From Eledone cirrhosa (lineage: Eukaryota), in the NCBI GenBank assembly GCA_964016885.1, contig OZ024742.1:18600001-18664000 (forward strand): a DNA stretch of 64,000 bases, given 5' to 3'. The translations under genes and the position numbers were made by a program. Position 1 is the stretch's first letter, and every line of letters begins with the position of its first letter. Positions 1-13,806 of this stretch are shown here, one piece after another. Under the pieces are notes generated by a model. The model was given only the letters and a program-made list of their open reading frames with translations, was not told the origin of the DNA and ran no database searches.

Positions 1-420
1 ACACAGGGGTTGTACACACCCCGAAAAAATATACAACTCTCATCTCCAGGAGCACCAAGAGTGAGTACTCCCTTCCTCTTTTTCCTCAACCTACAGGCTT
101 ATATAGAGAGAAGGCCCAACCACTCGGGCCATCTTTGCCACATTCACCCACCTTTTATAAAATTTACTGGGTAGAGCACCTCTCTCTCCATCCTCATTCT
201 TCTTCCAAAATGATAGTTGAAAAAACGAATCAGTTGCTCGCCGGAGAGAAAGGTGTCTGACCTCAGCCCTTTTAACCTCGTCCACCATATAACCTCTTTC
301 ACCATAGCCATAACACATAGGAAAACCTCCTCTCCCTCGTTTTTGAAGGAGGGTGGCGGTTTGATCATGACAATGGACTCGGTGGTCAACCGGATTGGTC
401 CCACCCGCGACAATAGTTTA
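1..420 (-). mobile_element. 3' end of an L1/Tx1-type LINE ORF2, frameshifted, plus 3' UTR
   Basis: Two overlapping minus-strand ORFs (144..461, 91..318) join into ...MVKEVIWWTRLKG...LIRFFNYHFGRRMRMERE.../ F.KRWVNVAKMARV...L*, which resembles the C-terminus of Tx1-type ORF2. Confidence 0.55.
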
Positions 421-495
421 TTATTATTTTCATCAAAATACATACACATATGATAGTACATATATGAGTTAGTAGAATATATCGGAGGTACGTGT

Positions 496-955
496 AAAAG
501 CTAAACTCGCTACCTTTAATTCGTTATTCGCGCCAACCCTTACCTATGGTCATGAATCTTGGGTAATGACCGAAAGAATATGATCACGAATACTAGCGGC
601 CGAAATGGGGTTCCTCCGAGGGGTCTTTGAAGAAATGGGATTCGATAAAGTTCGTAGCTCAGAGATAAGAGAGTCACTCCAGGTAGAGCCGCTACTTCTC
701 CGAATTGAGAGATCACAGCTCCGATAAGATGAACATGTAGTTAGAATGTCTCAGGAAAGAATCACTGGACAGATTTTACGAGTAAAACCAACCACCAGGA
801 GACGCATAGGTAGACCACGAGCACGATGATTGGATAAAATCCATGAGCTTGGCTGGTCAAGCTTGGGGATCCAGCCGGATCAGCTGGAGACGGTTGCTTC
901 TGACAGGACCCAATGGAAGGAGTGTTTGAGGATTCTGCATCTACGACCTCATGAA

Positions 956-986
<31 letters not shown>

Positions 987-1037
987 AAGAAGAAGAAGAA
1001 GAAGAAGAAGAAGAAGAAGAAGAAGAAGAAGAAGAAG
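496..1037 (+). mobile_element. RTE-clade LINE 3' fragment (Rex3/Expander-like) with (GAA)n tail
   Basis: Translates as KAKLATFNSLFAPTLTYGHESWVMTERI*SRILAAEMGFLR...VRSSEIRESLQVEPLLLRIERSQLR...GRPRAR*LD...LGIQPDQLETVASDRTQWKECLRILHLRPHE*, followed directly by about 27 GAA repeats. Confidence 0.9.
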
Positions 1038-1059
1038 ATATCGTCTAAAGTCTGTTTGA

Positions 1060-1347
1060 AGCCAGGAGGCTCGCCATGCCGGTGCCTATCCCGTTTTCGT
1101 GAAGCGACTAGGAGTACAAGACTCCTCACTGGACAGGACGCCAGTCCATCACAGGATTAACCCCTCCCAGACATTGCTGTTACTTATTTTCAGCTGAGGA
1201 TATTGGAGCAACGTGCATGAAATATTTTGATAAAAAAACACACAACACTAGGCCATACCACATCTCCACAACACCCAACCAAGTCCAGGAATCGAACCCA
1301 CGACAATATTAAGTCCAATACCCTTACCACTAAGTCACGAGCTTCAC
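1060..1347 (-). mobile_element. tRNA-derived SINE (CORE/V-SINE-like)
   Basis: Minus-strand head GTGAAGCTCGTGACTTAGTGGTAAGG (A box) ... GGTTCGATTCC (B box), followed by a conserved-looking SINE body. Confidence 0.7.
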
Positions 1348-2004
1348 ATCAATATAAAGGGGATGGGATTTTGTTTCAAATTTTCCTTAATTAGTCACGA
1401 AAATTGTTCTGCTGTGGGCAGCATAGAATAGTAGTTAGCGGGCAGCATGCGGCCCGTGGGCCATGTGAACTGACGACTGTGACGATCTCAACACCCCATC
1501 CGCCACAACACAACTACAACCAGGTCTTACAGGAGTGCTGTTTATTCACTTCCACAACCACTACATCATTCTTTGCTCATCTGATCTTATAAACTTCATA
1601 CCACTTCCACTCTACATACACTCCTCTCCTCAGCCACTAGTTCTCGCTCTAAACATGCCGTCCAATCATTCCTTCCCGAATTACAGCTCCCCCTGGAACA
1701 TTTTTCTCCGTTTTTCCTGAAGATATCGACCTAGATCAGTTCAAAGTAAATACATCGATCTCATCAATCTAACTAATTGGAGATTATCGGTGAGAGTAAT
1801 GGACACTTCTCTTCTTAACTAAAAATAACCTAACTCAGAGAAATATATTCAATTATTTGCTATATTTCTAGATACACCTCTTGATTAAGATTCTGCTACA
1901 TCGAATGCAATTAAGAAATACCACTTTGAAGTTTCCTTAATAACGCAAATCTAATATTTTAGTAATCATGGTTTACAGATTTAGACATTATCCTATACTG
2001 AAAT

Positions 2005-2165
2005 ATTGGTTTCTAATTTAGGCACAAGGGCATCAATTTTCAAGGAAAGGGAAAGTCAGTTACACTGACCACAGTATTTTACAGGTACTTTATTTTATTG
2101 ACCCCTTAAAGATAAAAAAGCAAAGTTGACTGCATCAAGATTTGAACTCAGAAAGTAAGGCGCCT
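2005..2165 (-). mobile_element. SINE family A, degenerate copy
   Basis: Matches the motif ggcacaagg...ggtactttattttat.gacccc...caaagttgac...atttgaactcag that recurs throughout the window. Confidence 0.7.
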
Positions 2166-2299
2166 TAAATAAATACAGGAATGTATTTGGGGTGCGACCG
2201 ACACTGATAATTTTCCCCAGGGAGAATATGGTTGAATGGGTGGTAAACACAGGATTTGTCACCCGAGAGGATTAGGATAGCAAGTGCATAATATAACAG

Positions 2300-2511
2300 C
2301 TACTGCTTGATAGATATATGTTGCAGTGGACACAGCTGGAGTCCCGGACGCACGAACTACTTTACTCAGTTTGATAGGGATGGAGATGACCATCCACAAG
2401 TATCTGAACACAAACCCAAATGGTGAGGACCAGTTCTTCCAACATATCCCTCTTATCATCCTTCGGGGTAAGGCATTCACCATTTTGTCCACCGCGAGGA
2501 CGAAACAGTAG
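2300..2511 (+). mobile_element. CRE-type (RLE endonuclease) non-LTR retrotransposon, C-terminal fragment
   Basis: VAVDTAGVPDARTTLLSLIGMEM...QFFQHIPLIILRGKAFTILST fits the CRE C-terminal pattern P.A.ET.G...L..IG...LFQR.S..I.RGNA..VL.T. Homologous to the copy at 3140-3400. Confidence 0.6.
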
Positions 2512-2972
2512 CATTGCCTACTGAGGTTTATTTGACTAACTGTGTATATTGAAATTATACACAAGTATATATGCATGTAGATATGATACATCAAATAAAA
2601 TCGTAATTGACAATATCCACAGTAATTGAAGAGAGACTGTGTTACACTGACTTATGTCATCAGTAACGTAATCCATGATACATTAAAAAAGATGATATAT
2701 ATAAACTGCATTAGGAGAAAATTAGTGACGGAAATATATGAATGTTTATTTAAGCGATGGCTAACCGAAAGTGTTGACATTTGAAAATTTTAAAGAAGTG
2801 AATCTTAAAATAATCAATAAAATATATTTAATCAACATCTACGAAATTTAGCAGATAAATTATGTAATATTCATTCGTTATTTATTCAAAGTAATCCAAC
2901 TTATTTTACAAATGGGATAACAAATTATATTCTGGACGCAGTCCCGCACTCCTTACTTTATTATAGTTAAGA
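2509..2972 (-). mobile_element. Non-autonomous Helitron, older copy of the family at 51127-51613
   Basis: About 430 bp align in the same orientation with 51174-51613. The minus-strand 5' end is A|TCTTAACTATAATAAAG; the 3' hairpin/CTAG end is degraded. Confidence 0.7.
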
Positions 2973-3139
2973 TTGTTCGAAAAAATATTAATAAAATTAG
3001 CAGCTTTTATTCTGTAGAATAAATACACAAGTTATCCAATTACAAGACCATTAGAGAATATTTCTTCTTTAGTAAATAATTCTTGCTTTTCTAAATGGAG
3101 AGTAGTTTTAGTGTCATTGTTTGTCCAGTAGAGTGTTGA

Positions 3140-3400
3140 CAGTAATAGTCAGTGGGCCCACGTCCTGGCCGCCCCGCGGCACCAGTGGACAGAACAGTGA
3201 AGGCGTTTCCCCGGCTGATGGTGAAGGAGATGCGCTGGAAGAGCTATTCCATCTCGCGAATCTCACACCTACGAGTATCCAACTCCATGCCGATGATGGT
3301 AAGTAGGGAAGTAGTCCTAGGGTCAAGGACACCAGAAGTCTCCACTGCAATTGGATATTAAAGTTAAAAACCAGCCTGCAACGACGCCATACTTGATTCA
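3140..3400 (-). mobile_element. CRE-type (RLE endonuclease) non-LTR retrotransposon, C-terminal fragment
   Basis: Minus strand reads PIAVETSGVLDPRTTSLLTIIGMELDTRRCEIREME*LFQRISFTISRGNAFTVLSTGAAGRPG, with one in-frame stop. Confidence 0.75.
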
Positions 3401-3454
3401 TTCGTTGGTGATTTAGAGAAATAAACTCCAGCAATCTATTGTGGATAAAGGTGA

Positions 3455-3593
3455 AATAAGAGAGAGGGAGAAAGTGAGAGATAGAGAGAGAAAGATATAT
3501 CTATACATGCAAGCACATGCAAACACACACATAGACACACATATATATAGAGAGAGTGACAGAGAGAGAAAGAGAAAGGGAGACAGAGGCAGA

Positions 3594-3635
<42 letters not shown>

Positions 3636-3724
3636 AGAGAGGGAGACAGATGCAAACAGTGAGAGAAAAGGAACACACACACACACATATATATATATGA
3701 ATAGTAACAATAAACAATCTGTAA

Positions 3725-3798
<74 letters not shown>

Positions 3799-3835
3799 TT
3801 ATATATATATATGTGTGTGTGTATGTGTGTATGTG
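3455..3835. repeat. Compound (GA)n/(CA)n/(TA)n microsatellites
   Basis: Seen directly. Similar tracts occur at 4618-4790, 9225-9318, 9672-10137, 32385-32895, 37700-38149, 48948-50280, 56958-57113 and 60460-60800. Confidence 0.95.
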
Positions 3836-4613
3836 TAATCCAAAATGTATTTTAAGCAGACGTGTCTCTTCTGAGGAGTTCGAAAAGAAAAGAGAAAAAT
3901 ATTAATAACTACAATTTATCTCTAGCTGTATTAAAATTGCTGTGGTTCATTGGCAACTTTCCATTCAGTTGCCCTTTAAGGACCTCGTGGGATTGAGATT
4001 TGGCAGCAGTTCAACAATAGATTTCTGCCAAATATTTACTTTACGATGACGATTGTAAAAGGCAGTTTTCTTCAAGACCCGAAAATTATCAGTCATTTTC
4101 TCTCATCCAAAGTATATGCATTGTTAATCATGATAATAAAAAAAGTAAAGCTTCTGGAAGAGCCATCTGAAGTAGAGATATTAACTTGTCGAAACATTTA
4201 TCGTAGGCTGATAGCCAATAGAAAGCAATAAAATTGAAAGACACTTTCAGTTGCGTCTCTTCTTTCTCGTATTATAAACAATAAAAGCTCCCACAGTTTA
4301 TTTACATGTCATGTTACAGTCCACCATTTCCATGTGTGAAAGTGTTTTTTGCAGAAAATTTTATTTTCACAAAAGAAATAAAAAAAAGAAAGTTACGTGT
4401 GTTCCAATATCTAAGACATCAATTCTCCATATCTTAGTGTATATCATAAATATTTCTTTCGATATTTTTTTTATTTCATTTTTTTTTTCATGATTTATTT
4501 CGGTAAAGCATCGTGTCCACACAATTAGAGAAGTAATTAAACTTATTAGCTATGGCAGCGTTCCAAGTCTGTGAAATCTGGACGAAGAATCCATCACATA
4601 CGTAAATAGAATC

Positions 4614-4791
<178 letters not shown>

Positions 4792-5250
4792 CATGTATGT
4801 ATATAATTTACGTATTTAAGTTCTAGCATATTTTCTCATTGGGATGTTGAAGACAGGTTCAATAAACGCTTACACAGTTCTGGTATGTTGATTTCTTGTT
4901 CAGGAACAAGACAAACCCGTATATAGAATGTGGGCATATCCAAACATATCGACCCCACCCCGTCCCCTGTTGCATAATTAATCGATCCTAGATAAATTAT
5001 AGACAATACATCATGATGGAAGTTAATGTCACAGCACAGAACATTCCAAACTTTTTACATTGGTTACTCATTTAGAAGAAAAATAACGACTCTCGAAGAC
5101 TTATTGTTAGTGACAGGAAATTAACAAAATTAATTAACATAATTAATTAACAAACAATTAAATAATATATCACCTATCACGTGTCTAACTATACATGGAA
5201 TTGTCAGATTTCAATTATATACATCACAAGCAAATATCTGTGAAAATATT

Positions 5251-6266
5251 AAAAGATTTGATACAAGTTTCACAACTCACATAAAGATTATCAGATTTGA
5301 TACAGCTTTCACAACACACCTAAAGATTATCAGATTTGATACAGGTTTCACAACACACCTAAAGATTATCAGATTTGATACAAGTTTCACAACACACCTA
5401 AAGATTATCAGATTTGATACAAGTTTCACTACACACCTAAAGATTATCAGATTTGATACAGGTTTCACAACACACCTAAAGATTATTAGATTTGATACAG
5501 GTTTCACAACACACCTAAAGATTATTAGATTTGATACAGGTTTCACAACACACCTAAAGATTATCAGATTTGATACAAGTTTCACAACACACCTAAAGAT
5601 TATCAGATTTGATACAAGTTTCACTACACACCTAAAGATTATCAGATTTGATACAGGTTTCACAACACACCTAAAGATTATTAGATTTGATACAGGTTTC
5701 ACAACACACCTAAAGATTATTAGATTTGATACAGGTTTCACAACACACCTAAAGATTATCAGATTTGATACAAGTTTCACAACACACCTAAAGATTATCA
5801 GATTTGATACAAGTTTCACTACACACCTAAAGATTATCAGATTTGATACAGGTTTCACAACACACCTAAAGATTATTAGATTTGATACAGGTTTCACAAC
5901 ACACCTAAAGATTATTAGATTTGATACAGGTTTCACAACACACCTAAAGATTATTAGATTTGATACAGGTTTCACAACACACCTAAAGATTATTAGATTT
6001 GATACAGGTTTCACAACACACCTAAAGATTATCAGATTTGATACAGCTTTCACAACACACCTAAAGATTATTAGATTTGATACAGGTTTCACAACACACC
6101 TAAAGATTATTAGATTTGTTACAGGTTTCACAATACACCTAAAGATTATCAGATTTGATACAGCTTTCACAACACACCTTAAAGATTATTAGATTTGATA
6201 CAAGTTTCACAACACACCTAAAGATTATCAGATTTGATACAGGTTTCACAACACACCTAAAGATTA
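5251..6266. repeat. 39-bp minisatellite, about 26 copies, with a 195-bp (5-unit) higher-order repeat
   Basis: Unit CACAACACACCTAAAGATTATCAGATTTGATACAGGTTT. The variant AAGTTTCACT recurs at 5421, 5616 and 5811 (period 195). Confidence 0.97.
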
Positions 6267-8137
6267 CTGGCGACAGACAAAAGTGTTGTGACACTCAGTG
6301 TGGAAGCTTCTGTCATACCCTAGTTGGAACAAAATTTAGTAAGACATTTGAAGTAATAATCAACGCCTTTTAGATTATTTCAAACTATTGCCTATTAAAA
6401 TTATTAGTAATTAATAAAAATAAAAAAGGATGCGCAGAGACATAAAATAAAACGTTATAGAAACGCAATGGGAGGAACCTCAACAATAATGACTAAAGAT
6501 GTCACAGAAATGTGTGTCGAAAGAACTTTAATAAATTATATCTATATTTTTAACTGTTGGTTATTCAATGATAAACATTGATTGCCAGCTAAATTATTTC
6601 TAAAAATATACTGAAGCGAAAACCAAACCAAACAGTGAGTGTGTTTTACTAGTTTTTGACAATATTAGGACAACATGACCCTCCCCAAATGTAAAAATAA
6701 AATAAACCCTCGTATTCCAAGCATCGTCGAATTATAGCAAATGATATTTCAGTTAAATATATATTTCTCTTCGTAAAGGCTGTTTTAGCAACAAGGAAAA
6801 ATTGTGTTTAAAATAATTTCATGGAAAGTTTGCTTTAGAGACCCGTTCATCTTAACATATCTTAATGTGAACTAAAAATATGTGTTATTCCAATGAAGGA
6901 AAACACTAGGTGTCTATAATTAGTAGGAAATTCATTGTAAGCCATTGCTATGTACTATACTTTCAATTTAAAGAAAATGGACCAAATTTTATTAAAATTA
7001 GTAATCTTCTAAAGTCAGGAACTAAATTTAATTCTAGATTTGAAGTTAACACGTAAATACAAAACAGAAATGAAATTAACAGGCATATTATTTCGTACGA
7101 TAGAAAATATAGAAATTAATTATTCGAACAAAAGAATAAGTTGTGTTAAAGTAATTGAAATGAAAAGGTAACATATTCGATATACAAAATCTCACAATGT
7201 CGTGAAATGTCATTGACATTATATTAAAATTATTGAGCAGTATCTAATAAAAGCAGAACACTATTGAAGGGAACAAAAAAAGGGAGAGAGAGAGGGGGGG
7301 GGGGAGAGGAAGAGGAAGAGAGGAAGAAGAAACAATGGATCAAGCAATGAAAAAAGAAAGGGAGGGGGAGGGACACGACACACCAATCTGAGTGGTGTCT
7401 CAGCCGCGCTCCAAGGACAAAATAGCAAAAGTGTTACCACAGAGAATGACCAGAAACACTCGCCCTAACTGCCACCCCACCTAACGGAACTCACATTGGT
7501 CTTGAATTTCCGAGCAAATACACAAATAGCGAATACTTAAAACATGTTTTTGTTTCCTTTCCTAATGTCTAAAAAACATTGCTGTTTTCCTGATATATTT
7601 TCCTGACAGGTAAGACAGAGCTTCAGGTACATATTGCTGGAGCTTGACAATCTATATATATTAGTCCAGTATATATTGGAAAGTTCTCTTTTAGAGCACG
7701 TATGTTTATCATATGTGACATACCATTATTGATGTTATAAATCAATACGTGATGCTGAACAGCAATTTGTGAAAGATATATCTTTATGTAAAATAGAAAC
7801 TGGCTGAAAAAAACTTTGAGAAGTTTGGAATGCTCTTGCAAAAGTAACTAAAGTAGACAAAAAAAGTCAACATAAAATGACAGACTTTGTAGAACCATTA
7901 TTTTATAAAACAAATCATTTTATGGAGTACTATTATTTCTTCTTTCAGAAAACCTGTAAGAAGGATTGATAAGTCAATGAAAACACATGATTAATGGGAA
8001 GTGGACTTCTCTAGGTTAAGAAACCTTTGATAGTTAAGGGAAGAAGAAAAGTGAAAATTGTGACGGAGTCCAACAGATAAAGACTTTGTATAGTAAAAGA
8101 ATGGTTATTGCAATTGCAAGCTTTACATTTTCATTCA

Positions 8138-8295
8138 GGCCGCGAATTGTAGAGTCATCAGAATGTTAAATAGAATGGTTTGCAGCATTCATTCCATCTT
8201 TCTGAGCTCTGAGTTCCAAACCTACCGAGGTCAACATTCATCCTCTCGAGGTCGATAAAAGAAGTATTAGTCAAGTACAGTACTAGAGTCGATTA
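8138..8295 (+). mobile_element. SINE family A, degenerate copy
   Basis: ctgagttccaaacctaccgaggtcaac...catcctctcgaggtcgataaaa matches the family body. Confidence 0.6.
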
Positions 8296-8943
8296 TTCCT
8301 TTGTTTCTCTTTCTCACGTTCTCTCTATCACTCCACATCTCACCTTTTGTGGTAGAAGTTAGGCTGTGATCAGACCTGGAGAGAAGAGGGCTCCACCAGG
8401 TTAAAAAAAATACCCAATCTCACTACAGCAACCCTACTATTCCATCGTGAGATACAAGTCCATAGATACAAATGTTCATTTAGTTAGTTTGTTGAGAACA
8501 ACAGAATAAAAGACCAAGTGGAAATATTTATTAAACCTACTTAATGTTATTGTTTAGTAAGAAGTGTGTTTATATGTAGAAAGATCGGTAGTAACAGTAA
8601 TACATTTTGTTTTTTATTAATTTAGTTTTTCATTTGGAAGTGTGTTTCTTGATACGATGTTTTGGATTGTAGTATGGATTCCAGATCCTAGAAGTAGGTA
8701 TGTAATATTCTACCAAATAAATTCAACCTCAAAAATAATCTAATGCATTTGGCTTTTGCATGATGTCAGTAATTACAGGGAAAAATTCCTTATCTGCTGG
8801 AAGAGATGCTTGTAAGACGATACAGAACAACTCGAAAAATATACGGAAAATACACAGGTGAACAGAATAGGATCGAGATCTTTGTCCAACTGAAATTGTT
8901 TTACCAACACGTCTCCCTCATCCTGTATAGAGAATTTGTGGTA

Positions 8944-9211
8944 ATGTTTATCTATATTGTTTTCTTCAAACTTACATTTTAGACTCAGCTCCGTTTAATT
9001 GATTATTTGTCTAGTTAATTTCTACGGACTAAGAGGAAAGACTAGGTAAATTTTATCTGACTGTTCCTCATAGAGAAATATCGATAACATTTATCTGTTA
9101 TTTCTTCAAAGTTACATTTTAAACTTAGCTCCGTTTAAATGATTATTTATCTGGTTGATTTCCACGGACTATGGAGACAAAATTGGATGAATTTTGTCTG
9201 ACTATTCTTCA
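8944..9211. repeat. Old tandem duplication of about 145 bp
   Basis: tttatct...ttcttcaaa.ttacatttta.act.agctccgtttaa.tgattattt...cggacta...aatttt.tctgact.ttc.tca occurs twice, at about 8944 and about 9088. Confidence 0.85.
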
Positions 9212-9223
9212 AACTTATAATTT

Positions 9224-9317
<94 letters not shown>

Positions 9318-9322
<5 letters not shown>

Positions 9323-9669
9323 TAAAACAGGAAAACATGATATCAGATAAAACAGGAGAACATGATATGAAGGCTAAAAAACACTTGTGGATAGTGCAGT
9401 TTTAAATCAACATATGTTGATTTAAAACTGCACTATCCACAAGTGTTTTTTAGCCTTCATATCATGTTCTCCTGTTTTATCTGATGAAAACACAAATATT
9501 ATTGCATGATGATGTTTGTTTTTGAAATGCGCATAATAAAATACATGGAACTCCTTTAACCATCTTTTGATCTTATATATTATGTATACTCCAGTCCTAC
9601 AAACTGTAGAGTGCTTCTTATCCGATATCTGCATTGCTTTATTGTACTACAATAAAACTCACCTCCTAC

Positions 9670-9671
<2 letters not shown>
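9318..9671 (+). mobile_element. PLE pseudo-LTR relic between (TA)n tracts, with a 144-bp perfect palindrome and a hammerhead
   Basis: Palindrome at 9342-9485 (72-bp arms, no spacer), hammerhead motif at 9476-9540, and (TA)n on both sides. Confidence 0.75.
9476..9540 (+). ncRNA. Type I hammerhead ribozyme motif, canonical core
   Basis: TTTAT-CTGATGA-AAAcACAAATATTATT-gcat-GATGATGTTTGTtTTT-GAAA-TGCGCA-TA-ATAAA. Stem I is 5 bp, stem II is long, stem III is palindromic, and the cleavage triplet is AUA. Confidence 0.75.
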
Positions 9672-9706
<35 letters not shown>

Positions 9707-9716
9707 AATATAATAT

Positions 9717-9770
<54 letters not shown>

Positions 9771-9841
9771 TAATAAATTTAGGAAAATTCTCTTTCTTTC
9801 TCTCTCTCTCTCTATATATATATATACACATATATATATAC

Positions 9842-9916
<75 letters not shown>

Positions 9917-9923
9917 TACATAT

Positions 9924-10647
<724 letters not shown>

Positions 10648-11148
10648 AGGAGGTTACTATATAAATGTGTGTATTGTTACACTAAACTGCACTTTGTTAC
10701 ATTCCTGTACTTGTTCCCAGATTTCTTAGGAGACCATATTGAGGAATATTATTCCTGAAATTCAACTTTATTCACTATTAAGTTTCGACTTTAAATGACA
10801 TTTGGGATTCAGATATCGATTAATCTTCTAATTTACGGGAATCTTATTCTTAAGATTTCAAAATTCCATCTATTCAATTCTCATTTGATCTGTTTATTAT
10901 ATTTTTTGCCTTCCTTGAATTTAGTTATAACATTTTCAATTTCTTTCCCTAGAGTATATAGACAGTTGACTCTGCTAAAAATTATATGGAATATTTCACA
11001 CACACTCTTTAAATCGATCAATGGATCTGCGTCGATTTCGACGATACGCGTTCCTGTTGTTCCCTGCTTGTAAAATATTTTCTATAATACCCATCTTTGA
11101 GACGAAGATATTATTAAAAAACAAAACGGCGATACAATAAAGTTAACT

Positions 11149-11462
11149 GGCGGTGAATTGGCAGTATCGGTAGAGGGTCGGACGCCATGCTTTTCAGCAT
11201 AGTTACGTCCCTTTACGGTCTGAGTTCAAATCCCACCGAGGTTAACTTTGCCTTTCATACTTACGGGGTCGATAAAATAAAGTACCAGTAATGCACTGGG
11301 ATAATTGCTGGCCTTGAGTCAAAAGTAGAAGCAATACGGCCCTTGTCATTCTGAGTTCAAATCCCGTCGAGGTGAACTTTGCCTTTCATCCTTACGGGGT
11401 CGATAAAATAAAGTACCAGTAATGCACTGGGATAATTGCTGGCCAAAAGTAGAAACAGTTAT
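11149..11462 (+). mobile_element. SINE family A: full copy plus tandem 5'-truncated copy
   Basis: GGCGGTGAATTGGCAGTATCGGTAGAG (A box) ... GAGTTCAAATCCC (B box) ... GGGGTCGATAAAATAAAGTACCAG...AAAAGTAGAA. The body repeats from about 11350. Confidence 0.85.
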
Positions 11463-11468
11463 TAAATA

Positions 11469-12084
<616 letters not shown>

Positions 12085-12116
12085 TAGATAGATATCAAAA
12101 CATTCGATATTATTTT

Positions 12117-12301
12117 GTCGGTAGAGCGTCGAACACCATGTTTCGCGTCAGAGAGTTACGGCTCTTTACGTTCTGAGTTCAAATCCCGGTGAGGTTAGTT
12201 TTGCCTTTTATCCTTACAAGGTCGACATAATAAAGTACCAGTAACGTACTGGGGTCGATTTAATCGACTTTCCCTCCCCCAAAAATTGTTGGCCTTGTGC
12301 C
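12117..12301 (+). mobile_element. SINE family A
   Basis: tcggtagagcgtcg...ctgagttcaaatcccggtgaggtt...taaagtaccagtaacgtactggggtcgatt...ggccttgtgcc. Confidence 0.8.
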
Positions 12302-13014
12302 TCCATCGGGAGGGGGTGTGGGAGTAGGGGGAGAGTGTGTGCTCATACACAAAAAACTAAAATACACTGCAACACCTCAATTTTACATATCAAAGTTAGC
12401 TTGGCGTAAGTAAATGGAATTGAAAAGTGATACATACAAGTATTAAATTCAAAAGTTTTAACCATCCTAAAACTAAACAGCTCAGCTGAGGGTACACATA
12501 AATTGCTACGGCTGTCACTTCCCACGCCCTCCACTACAAGTGCCCCGGGATAAAGAGACATGTTTCAACGTATACATGTACACTTATTTACAAGAAATCT
12601 CGTCGTAGTATCGAACACAGAGCTTCGTATTCAAGAAACAAACTACTTCTTACATACATGTCTCGTGCAGTTGTCAGAATAACTATAACTAATGGAACAT
12701 TATGATAGTAATGTTGTTGTTAGTGATGATGGTGATGATGAAGATGATGATGAAGATGGTGATGATGAAGAAGATGATGATGCTACCGAAATACTTTTTT
12801 TTAATTCGAAATATTCAAATGTAATCATATAATTCATTATTGAAATATATAATTGCTATATTAATTATAATTGTAATATGTTATTGTAATATGTTATTGT
12901 TGAGCAACATATGGATATATTCATTCTTCTTTCTGTCCTATTGAGGTATTGTTTGCGTTTTTATTGTCTTTGGACCAACTGACAATGTACACAACTGATT
13001 AGAATTGACTATCA

Positions 13015-13236
13015 TAAAAGGACTGGACATAATTATAGGGACAAAAAGAGGGGACCAAAGGGTAGACCAGCTGAGAAAAATGGTTGGATAACATTCATAA
13101 GCTTGGTTGGTCTCGCTTAGGGGATCCAGCCAGATCAATTGGAGAAAGTTGCTTTTGACAGGACCTACTGGAAGGTGTGTTTGAGGACTCTGCCCACCAC
13201 GATCCTTTCAGGAAGAAGAAGAAGAAGAAGAAGAAG
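13015..13236 (+). mobile_element. RTE (Rex3/Expander-like) 3' fragment with (GAA)n tail
   Basis: Homologous to 790-1037: tggataacattcat..gcttggttggtctcgcttagggatccagcc.gatcaattggag...gacaggacc.actggaagg.gtgtttgagga, followed by (GAA)n. Confidence 0.85.
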
Positions 13237-13377
13237 TGTACACGTGTCTATGGAATGTTTTAGCCCCTTTAACATTAATTTTACAAGCTTGCTGTTCCAT
13301 TGATCGAACAACTTCAACACTTGACGAATACGACGGAGATCCACTTTACTTCTACACATGATTCATCATGGCATGAA

Positions 13378-13806
<429 letters not shown>

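Noticed and set aside
941-1160. Poly-Lys and poly-Phe ORFs
   Set aside because: They are translations of the (GAA)n RTE tail.
3129-3298. Plus-strand exon (tttgtccAG ... ATG|GTAAGT) in a GC-rich patch
   Set aside because: The minus strand encodes a CRE-type C-terminus that explains the composition. The splice-like motifs may be chance, although exonisation is not excluded.
3864-3895. CTCTT-CTGAGGA-GTTC-GAAA-..AAGAG hammerhead-like string
   Set aside because: Stem II is collapsed and there is no stem III or NUH triplet.
4160-4210. AGCC..CTGAAGT...GAAAC...GTA-GGCT hammerhead-like string
   Set aside because: A9 is missing and stem II does not pair; too degenerate to call.
5277-6170. 297-aa ORF of 13-aa repeats
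   Set aside because: It results from a stop-free 39-bp unit. There is no ATG start, no splice context and no unique flanking coding sequence.
11149-11250. tRNA gene
   Set aside because: The A and B boxes belong to SINE heads; there is no cloverleaf and the SINE body follows.
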